The notes: generated by a model from the sequence alone, not told the origin. A stretch of DNA of 64,000 bases from Acidobacteria bacterium UBA2161 (GCA_002328835.1 DCWN01000043.1:81740-145739); one strand, 5' to 3'; counted from the stretch's first letter, positions 36,166 through 45,506 are shown. Numbers and translations: made by a program.

Positions 36166-37563
36166 TCAGGCTTCCTTGATTGCCGTGATCAGGTCGAGGA
36201 TCGCCTTCTTGCCGTCAGAGAAGAACATCAGCGTGTTGTCGGCGGCAAACAGCGGGTTGGGAATGCCAGCGAAGCCTGGGCTGAGGCTCCGCTTGATGAC
36301 AACGGCGGTGCGCGCCTTGTCCACTTCGAGGATCGGCATGCCGGCGATCGGGCTCGTCGGATCGGTGTTGGCAACCGGATTGACGACGTCGTTCGCGCCG
36401 ATGACGATCGCGACGTCGGTCTGCGCGAAGGTCGGGTTGATATCGTCCATCTCACGCAGCTTGTCGTAGGCCACATCGGCTTCGGCTAGCAGGACGTTCA
36501 TGTGGCCGGGCATCCGGCCCGCCACCGGGTGGATCGCGAACTCGACCTCGGTGCCCTTCGACTCCAACAGGTCAGCCAGTTCGCACACGGCGTGCTGCGC
36601 CTGGGAGACGGCCAGGCCGTAGCCCGGCACGATCACGACGCGCCGGGCGCCGTCGAGGAGCATGGCGACCTCTTCCGGCGACGACGACTTGACCTTGCCG
36701 GCGTAGACCTCGTCGGCCGAGGCGCCGCCCACGGCTTCCGGGCCGATCGCGCCGGTCAGGACATTGGCCAGCGACCGGTTCATCGCCTTGCACATGATCC
36801 GCGTCAGAATCAGTCCCGACGCCCCCACGAGCGATCCGGTGATGATGAGCGCGTTGTTGTTCAGGACGAACCCGGTCGAGGCGGCGGCGAGGCCGGAGTA
36901 GGAGTTCAGCAGCGCAATTGCGACCGGCATGTCGGCGCCGCCGATCGGGATAGTGAGGAGTAGCCCGCCCACGGATGCCAGGGCCACCAGGACCCAGTAG
37001 AGACCGGTCGCACTCGGGTCGTCGACGATCATGTAGCCGACGACGAGCGCGGCGAGCCCGATCAGGCTGTTGACCGCCTGCTGACCGGGGAAGTGGATCG
37101 GCTTGCCGGGCAGCACCAGTTCCTGCAGCTTGTCGAAGGCGACCAGGCTTCCGAAGAACGTCACGCCGCCGATGAGTCCAGACGCGACCGTGGCGACCGT
37201 CATCTGCGTGCTCGGGTCGGCCGCGTCGAAGAGCGCGGCGCCGGCGACGAAGACCGAGGCACCGCCACCGAAGCCGTTCAACAGCGCGACCATCTGCGGC
37301 ATCGCCGTCATCTCGATCCTGAGTGCGATCGCGGCGCCGATGCCTCCGCCCACGACGATGCCCGCCAGAATCACGCCGAGCCCCTGCACGCCAGAGCCGA
37401 ACACCTCCGCGCTGGCTACCGTGGCGATTATCGCCAGCAGCATGCCGCTTGCGCCGTAGAGGTTGCCGCGCACAGCCGTGCGTGGATGGGTCAGTCCCTT
37501 GATCCCGAGGATGAACAGGACCGACGCCGCGAGATACGCCAGATTGATGAGAGCCGAGTTCAA
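36166..37563 (-). CDS. pntB: NAD(P) transhydrogenase subunit beta
   Basis: N-terminal multi-TM domain plus the C-terminal NADP(H)-binding domain III (VIVPGYGLAVSQAQH, GANDVVNP). Confidence 0.92.
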   Translation of the reverse strand: MNSALINLAYLAASVLFILGIKGLTHPRTAVRGNLYGASGMLLAIIATVASAEVFGSGVQGLGVILAGIVVGGGIGAAIALRIEMTAMPQMVALLNGFGGGASVFVAGAALFDAADPSTQMTVATVASGLIGGVTFFGSLVAFDKLQELVLPGKPIHFPGQQAVNSLIGLAALVVGYMIVDDPSATGLYWVLVALASVGGLLLTIPIGGADMPVAIALLNSYSGLAAASTGFVLNNNALIITGSLVGASGLILTRIMCKAMNRSLANVLTGAIGPEAVGGASADEVYAGKVKSSSPEEVAMLLDGARRVVIVPGYGLAVSQAQHAVCELADLLESKGTEVEFAIHPVAGRMPGHMNVLLAEADVAYDKLREMDDINPTFAQTDVAIVIGANDVVNPVANTDPTSPIAGMPILEVDKARTAVVIKRSLSPGFAGIPNPLFAADNTLMFFSDGKKAILDLITAIKEA

Positions 37564-37567
37564 TGCG

Positions 37568-37846
37568 TCAGTCCTTCTTCTGGAACATGGCGAGCATGCG
37601 ATGAGTCACGAGGAAACCGCCGACGACGTTCGTGGCGGCCAGCACGATCGCGGCGAATCCCAGCACCGTCGTCAGGGTGCTCGGTGTCGCGGCCGCGATC
37701 ATCGCGCCGATGATCGTGATGCCCGAGATAGCGTTCGATCCGGACATCAAGGGCGTGTGCAGGAGCGGCGGCACCTTCGTGATGATTTCGAAGCCCACGA
37801 AGACGGCGAGCATGAAGATCGTGAGGAGCGGGATGAAGGCGTCCAT
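37568..37846 (-). CDS. pntAB: NAD(P) transhydrogenase subunit alpha, part 2 (membrane segment)
   Basis: A 92-aa three-helix membrane protein between the alpha-1 and beta subunits. One-nt TGATG overlap with alpha part 1. Confidence 0.88.
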   Translation of the reverse strand: MDAFIPLLTIFMLAVFVGFEIITKVPPLLHTPLMSGSNAISGITIIGAMIAAATPSTLTTVLGFAAIVLAATNVVGGFLVTHRMLAMFQKKD

Positions 37847-39021
37847 CAGGAGCCGGTCCTTTCGCTGTCGGATGCGCCCAGCAGATCGCGCAGGCGGGCA
37901 TTGACGACCGCGCCGTCACGCGATATGAGCGTGTCGCTCGTAATCTGATCCTCCATGTCGAGCGCGAGCTTGCCGTCGTCGACGAGGTGGAGCAGGAATG
38001 TCGTGATGTTCTTCGCGTACATCTGGCTGGCGTGGTGCGGCACGCTGGCGGCCAGATTCGTCGGCCCGATCAGCGTCACGCCCTTGTGCACCGTCGGACG
38101 CCCAGCCTTCGTCAGTTCGCAGTTGCCGCCCTGCTCGGCCGCGAGGTCGACGATGACAGAGCCGGTGGCCATGCCATCGACCATCGTCTCGGTGATCAGT
38201 GTCGGCGCCTTCTTGCCCGGCACCAGCGCCGTCGTGACGACGACGTCGGCCCCGGCGATCACCTTGCCCATCGCCTCCTGCTGCCGCCGGTAGAAGTCCG
38301 CGTCCTGCGCCTTGGCGTAGCCGCCCTTGTCCTCGGAGTCATCGGTCTCGAGGTCGAGCTCGACGAACTTTGCACCGAGGCTCTCGACCTGTTCCTTGAC
38401 GGCCGGTCGGACGTCGTAGGCCTCGACGTTGGCGCCGAGTCGGCGGGCGGTGGCGATGGCCTGCAGGCCGGCGACGCCCGCGCCCAGGATGAGGACGCGC
38501 GCCGGCTTCAGCGTGCCGGCCGCGGTCATCAGCATCGGGAACATCCGAGGCGCCGTGCCCGCGGCCAGCAAGACCGCCTTGTAGCCGGTCACGGTGGCCA
38601 TCGACGACAGCACGTCCATGCTCTGGGCGCGCGTGATGCGAGGAATCAGTTCCAGCGAGAACGCGATCACGCCGTGTTCGGCCAGGCTCTTGGCCTGGTC
38701 CAGTGCCGCCAGCGGCTCCGAGAGCCCGATGACTGCCTGCCCCTGCCGGAGCAATTCGAGGTCGGCCGTGCCGGCCTCGGGATTTGCCCCGAGGGTGCGC
38801 ACCTGGAGGACGATGTCGGCGTCGGCGAAGACTTGACGCCGGTCAGTTGCCAGCCGCGCGCCCTTCTCGGTAAACGCCGCGTCCGGGTATCCGGCGTCGT
38901 CGCCCGCCGTGGGCTCGATGAGGACGTCCAGGCCGGCTTTGGTAAGTGCGGGAACGACCGATGGGACGATGGCGACGCGCCGTTCGCCAGGGAATGTTTC
39001 TTTCGGAATTCCGACGATCAT
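37846..39021 (-). CDS. pntAA: NAD(P) transhydrogenase subunit alpha, part 1 (domain I)
   Basis: Alanine dehydrogenase/PNT fold with ILGAGVAGLQAI, the NAD(H)-binding motif. Confidence 0.92.
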   Translation of the reverse strand: MIVGIPKETFPGERRVAIVPSVVPALTKAGLDVLIEPTAGDDAGYPDAAFTEKGARLATDRRQVFADADIVLQVRTLGANPEAGTADLELLRQGQAVIGLSEPLAALDQAKSLAEHGVIAFSLELIPRITRAQSMDVLSSMATVTGYKAVLLAAGTAPRMFPMLMTAAGTLKPARVLILGAGVAGLQAIATARRLGANVEAYDVRPAVKEQVESLGAKFVELDLETDDSEDKGGYAKAQDADFYRRQQEAMGKVIAGADVVVTTALVPGKKAPTLITETMVDGMATGSVIVDLAAEQGGNCELTKAGRPTVHKGVTLIGPTNLAASVPHHASQMYAKNITTFLLHLVDDGKLALDMEDQITSDTLISRDGAVVNARLRDLLGASDSERTGS

Positions 39022-39125
39022 GAGTTCGTGGTCTCGTGCATGATGGCAATACTGATGTGACTCACTCCAACCCCGTATTATATGCCGCTTGCCACGCCCG
39101 CTGGCATCGTCTTGCGCGAGGCGAG

Positions 39126-40808
39126 CTACCGTCGGGGCGGCATCATCTCGTGCAGTCTACCCGCCAGCGCGGCAATCAGTTCGGCGCTCACGGTCTTGTC
39201 CTCGAGCGTGTCGTACTCATCGACTTCACCGGTCACGGCGGGGATCAGCAGGTGATTCAGGGCTTCGAACCGGAGCAACTCGGTGGCCACCTGCCGGTCG
39301 CGCGCCTGGCCCATCTCAGCCAGCCGGTCGGCGTGGCCCGGCACGATCTGTCGATCGAGGCCGCCGTGGACAACGACCATCGGCTGGCGCAGATCCTGAA
39401 TGATGTCGGCCGGCCAGAATTCGAGATAGCTTCGAAACCAGGGCGTCTCCGCCTGGGCTCGCATGGTCAGCGGGATCCCCTCCCAGCCTCCACCCCGCAT
39501 GACTGCTGCGTGAATCCGCTGCTGCAACTCGATCTTCTCCGCGCGTTCCGCTTCCGGGAGGTCGAGTTGCGCGAGCGTCTGCGCCTGCTGTTCGATGACG
39601 AAGTCTGCCCCGCGCGTCGAGGGCGCCGCCAGCAAACCGAGCGCCGCGATCCGGCGCTCCTCCCTTGCGGCCAGCATGGCGATCCAGCCGCTCTCGTCGT
39701 GTCCGACGACGGCGATCCGTTGATCGTCCACGTCGTCGCGGTCGCGCAGGTAGCGCACGACCGACCTGACGTCCCCGGCATAGTCCGACAGCCTGGCGCT
39801 CTCGACCCGCCCCCCGCTCTGGCCGATCCCGCGCTTGTCGTAGCGAACGACGAGGAAGCCGGCGTCCGACAACCCGCCGGCCAGCTGGCCGTAGACGGGC
39901 ACGCCCGAATGCGTCTCGTCGCGATCGACCGAGCCCGAGCCCGGCACGAGAATGACCGCCGGCCACTCCGGGTCGTCGTCGTCGGTCTCTGCCCCGGGAG
40001 CGGGCAGCGTGATCGTGGCGGCGAGATTGAAGCCCGAGGCGCCGATGTGCTCGTCCTCGTCGCGCGGGTTCCTGACGGCTTGCTGCCGGGCCGAGAGCGA
40101 GACGATGTCCTGGCGGGCGATGTCGAGCCCGATGGTCGGCATGCTGATTCGCACGAGCCGGCGGCCGGCGTCCGACCAGATCTCGGCGTCGAACGGGTTG
40201 CCGCGATTGAGGAACGTCACGTGATGCCGGTGGGCCTCGATTGTCCCGTCAGCCGTGGCGATCCGCTGCTCGGTCGTCGTGTTCAGCCGGACGACGATCT
40301 CGGCCTGCGGCGCGATGTAGGCCGGAATGGCCGTGCCCGGCGAGGCTGCCGACAGGCGCGTGGCGAGCGCCTCGTACGACGCGAAGAAATTCGTCGGCAG
40401 GACGACGGCGCCCGCCGAGATCGGATCGCTTTTCGTTCGAGCCTCCCCCGCTTCGAGGATCTCGCTGGCCGCACTCGTGTCGGTGAACGTCGTTTGCACG
40501 CCGTAGGGCTGACCGGCCAGCACCGCATCGATTGACAGCGCCTGCGGCTGCCAGGCGTCGTTGTAGCGCATCTCGAACCGGCGGATCGCCAGGTCGAGCG
40601 GCCCGGAGACGCGGCCCGTCGAGCTGATCCTCCAGCCGCCGTCGACTTCGTCGACGCTGATCTCCTCGGTGCCGACGAGAGAGAGCTGCACGAAGATGCT
40701 GAAGGTGGACTGACCCGGGGTCGGGCGAAGGTCTTCCTGCGCGGCGGCCGCCAGAGAGTACAGTGTCGTCGCCAGGAGGGCGACGGTACAATGAACCGGC
40801 GCGCGCAT
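39126..40808 (-). CDS. secreted alpha/beta-hydrolase with a large N-terminal beta-rich domain
   Basis: Signal peptide, then a C-terminal alpha/beta fold (VILVPGSGSVDRD, VVGHDESGWIA nucleophile elbow). Confidence 0.7.
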   Translation of the reverse strand: MRAPVHCTVALLATTLYSLAAAAQEDLRPTPGQSTFSIFVQLSLVGTEEISVDEVDGGWRISSTGRVSGPLDLAIRRFEMRYNDAWQPQALSIDAVLAGQPYGVQTTFTDTSAASEILEAGEARTKSDPISAGAVVLPTNFFASYEALATRLSAASPGTAIPAYIAPQAEIVVRLNTTTEQRIATADGTIEAHRHHVTFLNRGNPFDAEIWSDAGRRLVRISMPTIGLDIARQDIVSLSARQQAVRNPRDEDEHIGASGFNLAATITLPAPGAETDDDDPEWPAVILVPGSGSVDRDETHSGVPVYGQLAGGLSDAGFLVVRYDKRGIGQSGGRVESARLSDYAGDVRSVVRYLRDRDDVDDQRIAVVGHDESGWIAMLAAREERRIAALGLLAAPSTRGADFVIEQQAQTLAQLDLPEAERAEKIELQQRIHAAVMRGGGWEGIPLTMRAQAETPWFRSYLEFWPADIIQDLRQPMVVVHGGLDRQIVPGHADRLAEMGQARDRQVATELLRFEALNHLLIPAVTGEVDEYDTLEDKTVSAELIAALAGRLHEMMPPRR

Positions 40809-40852
40809 CGCTCCTCAGCATACCACTGCGTCTCGCTCGCCGATCGACCCAG

Positions 40853-41884
40853 ATGTCGAACACAACCATGAAGCAGTCCTACCAGACGCTGAGGTCGGGC
40901 GCCGCCCGCGTCGCGCTCGGCGCGCGCGGCACGATCGCGTTCACCGGCAGTGACCGCGCCGCGTTTCTCCAGGGGCTGTTGACGAACGACATCGAGGCGC
41001 TCGAGGCCGGCGGCGGCTGCTACGCGGCCTACCTCACGCCGCAGGGGCGGATGGTTGCCGACATGCGCCTGCTGGCGCTTGGCGACCGGCTCCTGATGGA
41101 CGTCGACCGCCAGTCGGCGGGCTCGCTGGCGTCGCGATTCTCGATGCTCGTTTTCTCGGAGGCGGTCGACGTGGCCGATGAATCCGCGGCCTGGCATCGG
41201 GTCGGCGTGCGCGGGCCCGCGAGCGCGGCCCGCGTGGAGGAGGTGCTGGACCGATCGGGCGACATCGCCGACTCGCCGCCGAACGGGCTCGCGGCCTACC
41301 GCGACCTCGACAACGGCTGGTGGGCGCTCGACGGCGAGCCGGTTCTGGCCGCGAGCAACGACGAGTTGGGCGTCCCCGGAATCGACCTCTGGATCGCCTC
41401 GACCCACGGCGCCCGGATGGACGACCGGCTGGCCTCGGCCGGGCTCGAACCGGCCGACGCGGACGCGGTGGAGGCGCTGCGCGTGGAAGCCGGAACGCCG
41501 CGGTTCGGTGCCGACATGGACGACGAGACGATTCCGCTCGAGGCCGGCATCCGCGCACGCGCCATCAGCGAAACGAAAGGGTGCTACGTCGGTCAGGAGG
41601 TCATCATCAGGATCCTGCACCGCGGCCAGGGGCGCGTCGCCCGGCGGCTGGTCGGGTTGGCGTTCGCCCCGGATCTGGACGCGGCGCCGGGCGCCGGCCT
41701 TGAGGTTCACGGCAACGGTGAGCCGGTCGGCAAGGTGACGAGCGTGGCGTGGTCGCCGAGGCTCGCCCGACCGATCGCGCTGGCTTACGTGCGCCGCGAG
41801 CACGCGGCGCCCGGAACCTCGGTCGAGGTGGCGTCGGGCACGTCGCGTGTCGAGGCGGAGGTCACGGCGCTGCCGTTTCCGTGA
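40853..41884 (+). CDS. YgfZ/GcvT-like folate-binding protein
   Basis: Trimmed to ATG 40853. Motifs seen: DRAAFLQGLLTNDI, LTPQGR, KGCYVGQE. Confidence 0.8.
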   Translation: MSNTTMKQSYQTLRSGAARVALGARGTIAFTGSDRAAFLQGLLTNDIEALEAGGGCYAAYLTPQGRMVADMRLLALGDRLLMDVDRQSAGSLASRFSMLVFSEAVDVADESAAWHRVGVRGPASAARVEEVLDRSGDIADSPPNGLAAYRDLDNGWWALDGEPVLAASNDELGVPGIDLWIASTHGARMDDRLASAGLEPADADAVEALRVEAGTPRFGADMDDETIPLEAGIRARAISETKGCYVGQEVIIRILHRGQGRVARRLVGLAFAPDLDAAPGAGLEVHGNGEPVGKVTSVAWSPRLARPIALAYVRREHAAPGTSVEVASGTSRVEAEVTALPFP

Positions 41885-42263
41885 GCTTGGCGACGAGGGC
41901 CGCGTCGGCCGGCGGGAACTGGAGCTGTCTGAGTTCGCGACGCGTGACCCACCGCACGGCCTGTTCGAGCTGCGGGTGCGGCTCACCCGTCAGTCGGCAG
42001 CCGAAGAAGTGCAGCCGGACGATCCGGTCGGCGTAGGCGTGCTCGACGCAATCGAGTTCATCGTCAACGTCGATCTCGACGTCGAGTTCTTCGCGCATCT
42101 CCCGCCGAAGCGCGTCGGTGAGCGATTCGCCCGGTTCCTGCTTGCCGCCCGGAAACTCCCAGTAGTCTCCCAGATGCGCGCCGGCCGCTCGCTGCGACAC
42201 CAGGAATCGGCCCTGCCGTTCGACGACGGCCGCCACGACGACGAGCAGGGACGGCTCGCTCAC
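41862..42263 (-). CDS. Nudix hydrolase, MutT-like (8-oxo-dGTP diphosphatase type)
   Basis: The GTG at 42263 overlaps the MutY-like stop (GTGA). Intact Nudix box GGKQEPGESLTDALRREMREELDV. Confidence 0.8.
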   Translation of the reverse strand: MSEPSLLVVVAAVVERQGRFLVSQRAAGAHLGDYWEFPGGKQEPGESLTDALRREMREELDVEIDVDDELDCVEHAYADRIVRLHFFGCRLTGEPHPQLEQAVRWVTRRELRQLQFPPADAALVAKLTETAAP

Positions 42264-42967
42264 TTCTTGCGCTTTCCAGCCGCCCGTCCGTCGATCGGAC
42301 CGGTGCGGCAGAGCGTGGCCAGCGGGCAGGGCCGGCAGCGCGGCCGCCGCGCGGTGCACACGGTCGCGCCGAAGTCCATGAGCCCCTGGTTGAAGTCGAA
42401 GACGTGGCGCCGCGGGAGCAGGGCGTCCGACAACCGCCAGAGGTGGCGCTGCATCGCGTGGCCACGGGGGTCGCCCTTGCCGACGAAGATACGGTAGAGC
42501 ACCCGGGCGACGTTGGTGTCGAGAATTGCCGCCCGTCGGCCGAACGCGAAGCTCAGAACCGCGCCGGCGGTATAGCGGCCGATGCCCTTGAAACCGCGGA
42601 GCGCCGCCTCGTCATCGGGCAGTGTGCCGCCGTAGCGTGCCACCGATTCGCGCGCGATGGCGTGCAGTCGCTTCGGCCGGACGTTGTAGCCGAGCGGGTA
42701 CCAGGTGCGGACCACGTCGCGGGCGCGGGCCGCGGCCAACGCTTCGAACGTCGGATACTTGTTCAGCCACTCGGCGTACTTCGGCGCCACCCGATCGACC
42801 TGCGTCTGCTGCAGCATGACCTCCGACACGAGAATGCGGTAGGGATCGCGCGTGTGTCGCCACGGCAGGTCGCGGCCGTAGCTGCGGTACCAGGTGAGGA
42901 GCCTGCGTCGGAAGCGCTGCCGGGCGGCGGGTGACGGCACCGTCCTCCGTGTGGCGTCACTGGGCAT
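42260..42967 (-). CDS. A/G-specific adenine glycosylase catalytic domain (MutY-like, lacking the C-terminal 8-oxoG-recognition domain)
   Basis: Motifs seen: SEVMLQQTQV (MutY-type Glu), HhH GIGRYTAGAV, LDTNV (catalytic Asp), FeS loop CTARRPRCRPCPLATLC. Only 235 aa. Confidence 0.8.
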   Translation of the reverse strand: MPSDATRRTVPSPAARQRFRRRLLTWYRSYGRDLPWRHTRDPYRILVSEVMLQQTQVDRVAPKYAEWLNKYPTFEALAAARARDVVRTWYPLGYNVRPKRLHAIARESVARYGGTLPDDEAALRGFKGIGRYTAGAVLSFAFGRRAAILDTNVARVLYRIFVGKGDPRGHAMQRHLWRLSDALLPRRHVFDFNQGLMDFGATVCTARRPRCRPCPLATLCRTGPIDGRAAGKRKK

Positions 42968-43001
42968 CGCGGTCCGTGCGCGGCGGGCGCGAGCGCCGCA
43001 C

Positions 43002-43007
43002 TATAAT
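43002..43007 (+). promoter_or_regulatory. -10 box (TATAAT) 6 nt upstream of a GTG start codon; leaderless-type promoter
   Basis: CACTATAATCGGGGCGTGTCG. No room for a 5'UTR or SD. Confidence 0.45.
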
Positions 43008-43013
43008 CGGGGC

Positions 43014-43553
43014 GTGTCGATCTACACGCGCACCGGTGACGCCGGCGAGACCGGGCTGTTCGACGGCACGAGGGTATCGAAGTCCGATCCGCGGGTCGAC
43101 GCCTGCGGCGAGATCGACGAGGTCCATGCCCTGCTCGGCCTGGCGCGGGCGCTCCTGACAGATCACGATTTCGTCGAGATGGTGACCGCCCTGCAGCGCG
43201 ACCTGTTGGCCATCGGTGCGCGCCTGGCCGATCCGGGCCATCGGATTGCCGATCGCGTCACCAAGATCGACCTGGACGCGCGTGCCGTGGAGCGACTGGA
43301 GTCGTGGATCGACCGGCTCGACACCGACCTGCCCGAGACGCGGCGCTTCGTGCTGGCGGGCGGCACGCCGGCCGGCGCGGCCCTGCACGTCGCGCGCTCG
43401 GTCTGTCGCCGGGCGGAGCGTCGGATCGTCGGCCTCGGTGCCGGCACCGTCGAGCCCGACGTGCTCCGCTACGTGAACCGGCTGTCCGACGTGCTCTTCA
43501 CGCTGGCCCGCGCGGTGAACGCGCGCGCGCGGACGCCCGAGGTCGAGTGGTGA
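43014..43553 (+). CDS. ATP:cob(I)alamin adenosyltransferase, PduO type
   Basis: GTG start. Motifs seen: SIYTRTGDAGETGL, RVDACGEIDE, VLAGG. Confidence 0.85.
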   Translation: MSIYTRTGDAGETGLFDGTRVSKSDPRVDACGEIDEVHALLGLARALLTDHDFVEMVTALQRDLLAIGARLADPGHRIADRVTKIDLDARAVERLESWIDRLDTDLPETRRFVLAGGTPAGAALHVARSVCRRAERRIVGLGAGTVEPDVLRYVNRLSDVLFTLARAVNARARTPEVEW

Positions 43554-43569
43554 TCGCCTAGAACCGGTT

Positions 43570-44076
43570 CTAGCCCGACGCCGTCGCGCCATCCCGCTCC
43601 ACGAGATACTGTTTCACGCGGTCGAAGATCCGCCGCGCCAGTTCCTGAGAGATCCGCTCCCGGATCGCGCCGCATGCCACCATCGTCGTTCCGTCGAGTG
43701 TTTCGATTGCCACGTCCCAGCGATCGTGCGCGATTCCCTCGGGCCGGTCTTCGAACGCGGCCGAGACCGCCGTGGCTGACCGCTGGAATTGCCGGGATTC
43801 GTAGGCCGTAATCGGCGTGCCGTTGATGAGCACGCGGGCAGCGGTGATGCGCCCCTTGTCGAGCGTCGTCGCTCCGTAGGAGAAGGTCTCGTCCGCTTCG
43901 CTGAACAGTGTCATCTCGGTGCCCGACGGCACCTCGGCGACGATCTGCCGTCCGTGTTCCAGTTCGTGCGCCAGCTGGGCGCGCCGGCGCTTGCGAAACC
44001 CGTGCAAGGCGGTGCCCAGGCTCGCCGCCGTCACGAGTAGCAGAATGGCGGCGGCGGCGGCGATAAGCTCTTGCAT
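43570..44076 (-). CDS. hypothetical membrane-anchored protein
   Basis: Trimmed to the ATG at 44076 (MQELIAAAAAILLLVTAASLG). One N-terminal TM helix and no recognisable motif. Confidence 0.5.
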   Translation of the reverse strand: MQELIAAAAAILLLVTAASLGTALHGFRKRRRAQLAHELEHGRQIVAEVPSGTEMTLFSEADETFSYGATTLDKGRITAARVLINGTPITAYESRQFQRSATAVSAAFEDRPEGIAHDRWDVAIETLDGTTMVACGAIRERISQELARRIFDRVKQYLVERDGATASG

Positions 44077-44309
44077 CGGCCTGAGAACGCGTCTCACGGA
44101 GAGGTTGGCGGCAACGGGCGGGCGGCGGAAGGACGCCGCGGCCGAGTCTCGCACGATTCCCTCGGCTTGACAACGAGGGGCGCGACGCACGGCACCTCGC
44201 GTCGGCGGCGTTTGCTGATCGGCGTCTGCCGGGCAGCGTTTGCCGTGCCGGGGCCAGCCGGGTACGATCGCGGGCTGGAACCGATCGGGAACCCGTCAGT
44301 CGGAGATCG

Positions 44310-45503
44310 ATGAAGTCCGTCATCGTCCACTATCAAGAGATCGCGCTGAAGGGCGGCAATCGGCCCTGGTTCATCTCGCGGCTGGTCCGCAACCTGCGCG
44401 CGCTCACGGCCGACCTGGGCGTTGCGAAGGTGCGGGCGCTCATGGGGCGGATCGAGCTGGAGCTGGAGCCCCACGTCGATTGGGTGGCGCTCGCCGACCG
44501 GTTGAGCCGCGTCTTCGGTCTAGCGAACTTCGCCCGGGCCGGGCGAGTGGCTAGCGGCGATGTGGACGAGATCGCGGCGGCCGTGCTGGCCGATCTCGAT
44601 GACCGGCAGCCGGCGACGTTCAGGGTGTCCGCGCGGCGCGCCGACAAGCGCTATCCGCTCACCTCACCCCAAGTCGAGCGGGAGGTCGGCGGGCGGATCA
44701 AGCAGGCGAAGGGCTGGACGGTGAATCTGTCAGCGCCCGAACTGACGGTGCGCCTGGAAATCCTGACCGACGAGACGTTCTACTCGTTCGAGAAGACGCG
44801 CGGCGCGGGGGGGCTGCCGAGCGGCGTGAGCGGGCGCGTGGCGTGCCTGCTCTCTGGCGGCATCGACTCGCCGGTCGCGGCGTACCGGCTGATGAAGCGT
44901 GGCTGCCGCGTGCACTTCATCCACTTCCACAGCTACCCGATTCTCTCGAAGGCGTCGCAGGACAAGGTTCGCGAGATCGCCGCTCTGCTCACGCGGTCGC
45001 AGCTCCGCTCGCGGCTGACGATGGTGGCGTTCGGTGAGATCCAGCGGCAAGTCGTGCTGACGGTGCCGCTGCCGCTCCGCGTGGTGATCTACCGTCGGTT
45101 GATGCTCCGGATCGCGGACCGGCTCGCGCGCGAGTCGCGCGCCCGCGCCTTGGTGACCGGAGAGGTCGTGGGACAGGTGGCCTCGCAGACGCTCGAGAAC
45201 CTGGCCGTGATCAACGACGTGACGCGCCTACCCGTCCTGCGGCCGCTGATCGGCCTCGACAAGAACGAGATCTCGGACGAGGCGATCCGGATCGGCACCT
45301 ATCCGATCTCGATCATTCCCGACCAGGACTGCTGTCAGCTGTTCACGCCGAAGCACCCGGCGACACGGGCCAGCATCGCAGAGGCCGAGGCCGCCGAAGC
45401 CGGCCTGCCGGTCGACGAGATCGTCGAGCAGGCCGTCGCGGAGGCGGAGGTCGAGCATCTGAGCTATCCGCCGAAGCCAACCGCCGTGCTGTCCGCGGGC
45501 TGA
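44310..45503 (+). CDS. thiI: tRNA uracil 4-sulfurtransferase (no rhodanese domain)
   Basis: N-terminal ferredoxin-like and THUMP domains, plus the PP-loop LLSGGIDSPVAAY. Confidence 0.88.
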   Translation: MKSVIVHYQEIALKGGNRPWFISRLVRNLRALTADLGVAKVRALMGRIELELEPHVDWVALADRLSRVFGLANFARAGRVASGDVDEIAAAVLADLDDRQPATFRVSARRADKRYPLTSPQVEREVGGRIKQAKGWTVNLSAPELTVRLEILTDETFYSFEKTRGAGGLPSGVSGRVACLLSGGIDSPVAAYRLMKRGCRVHFIHFHSYPILSKASQDKVREIAALLTRSQLRSRLTMVAFGEIQRQVVLTVPLPLRVVIYRRLMLRIADRLARESRARALVTGEVVGQVASQTLENLAVINDVTRLPVLRPLIGLDKNEISDEAIRIGTYPISIIPDQDCCQLFTPKHPATRASIAEAEAAEAGLPVDEIVEQAVAEAEVEHLSYPPKPTAVLSAG

Positions 45504-45506
45504 CCG

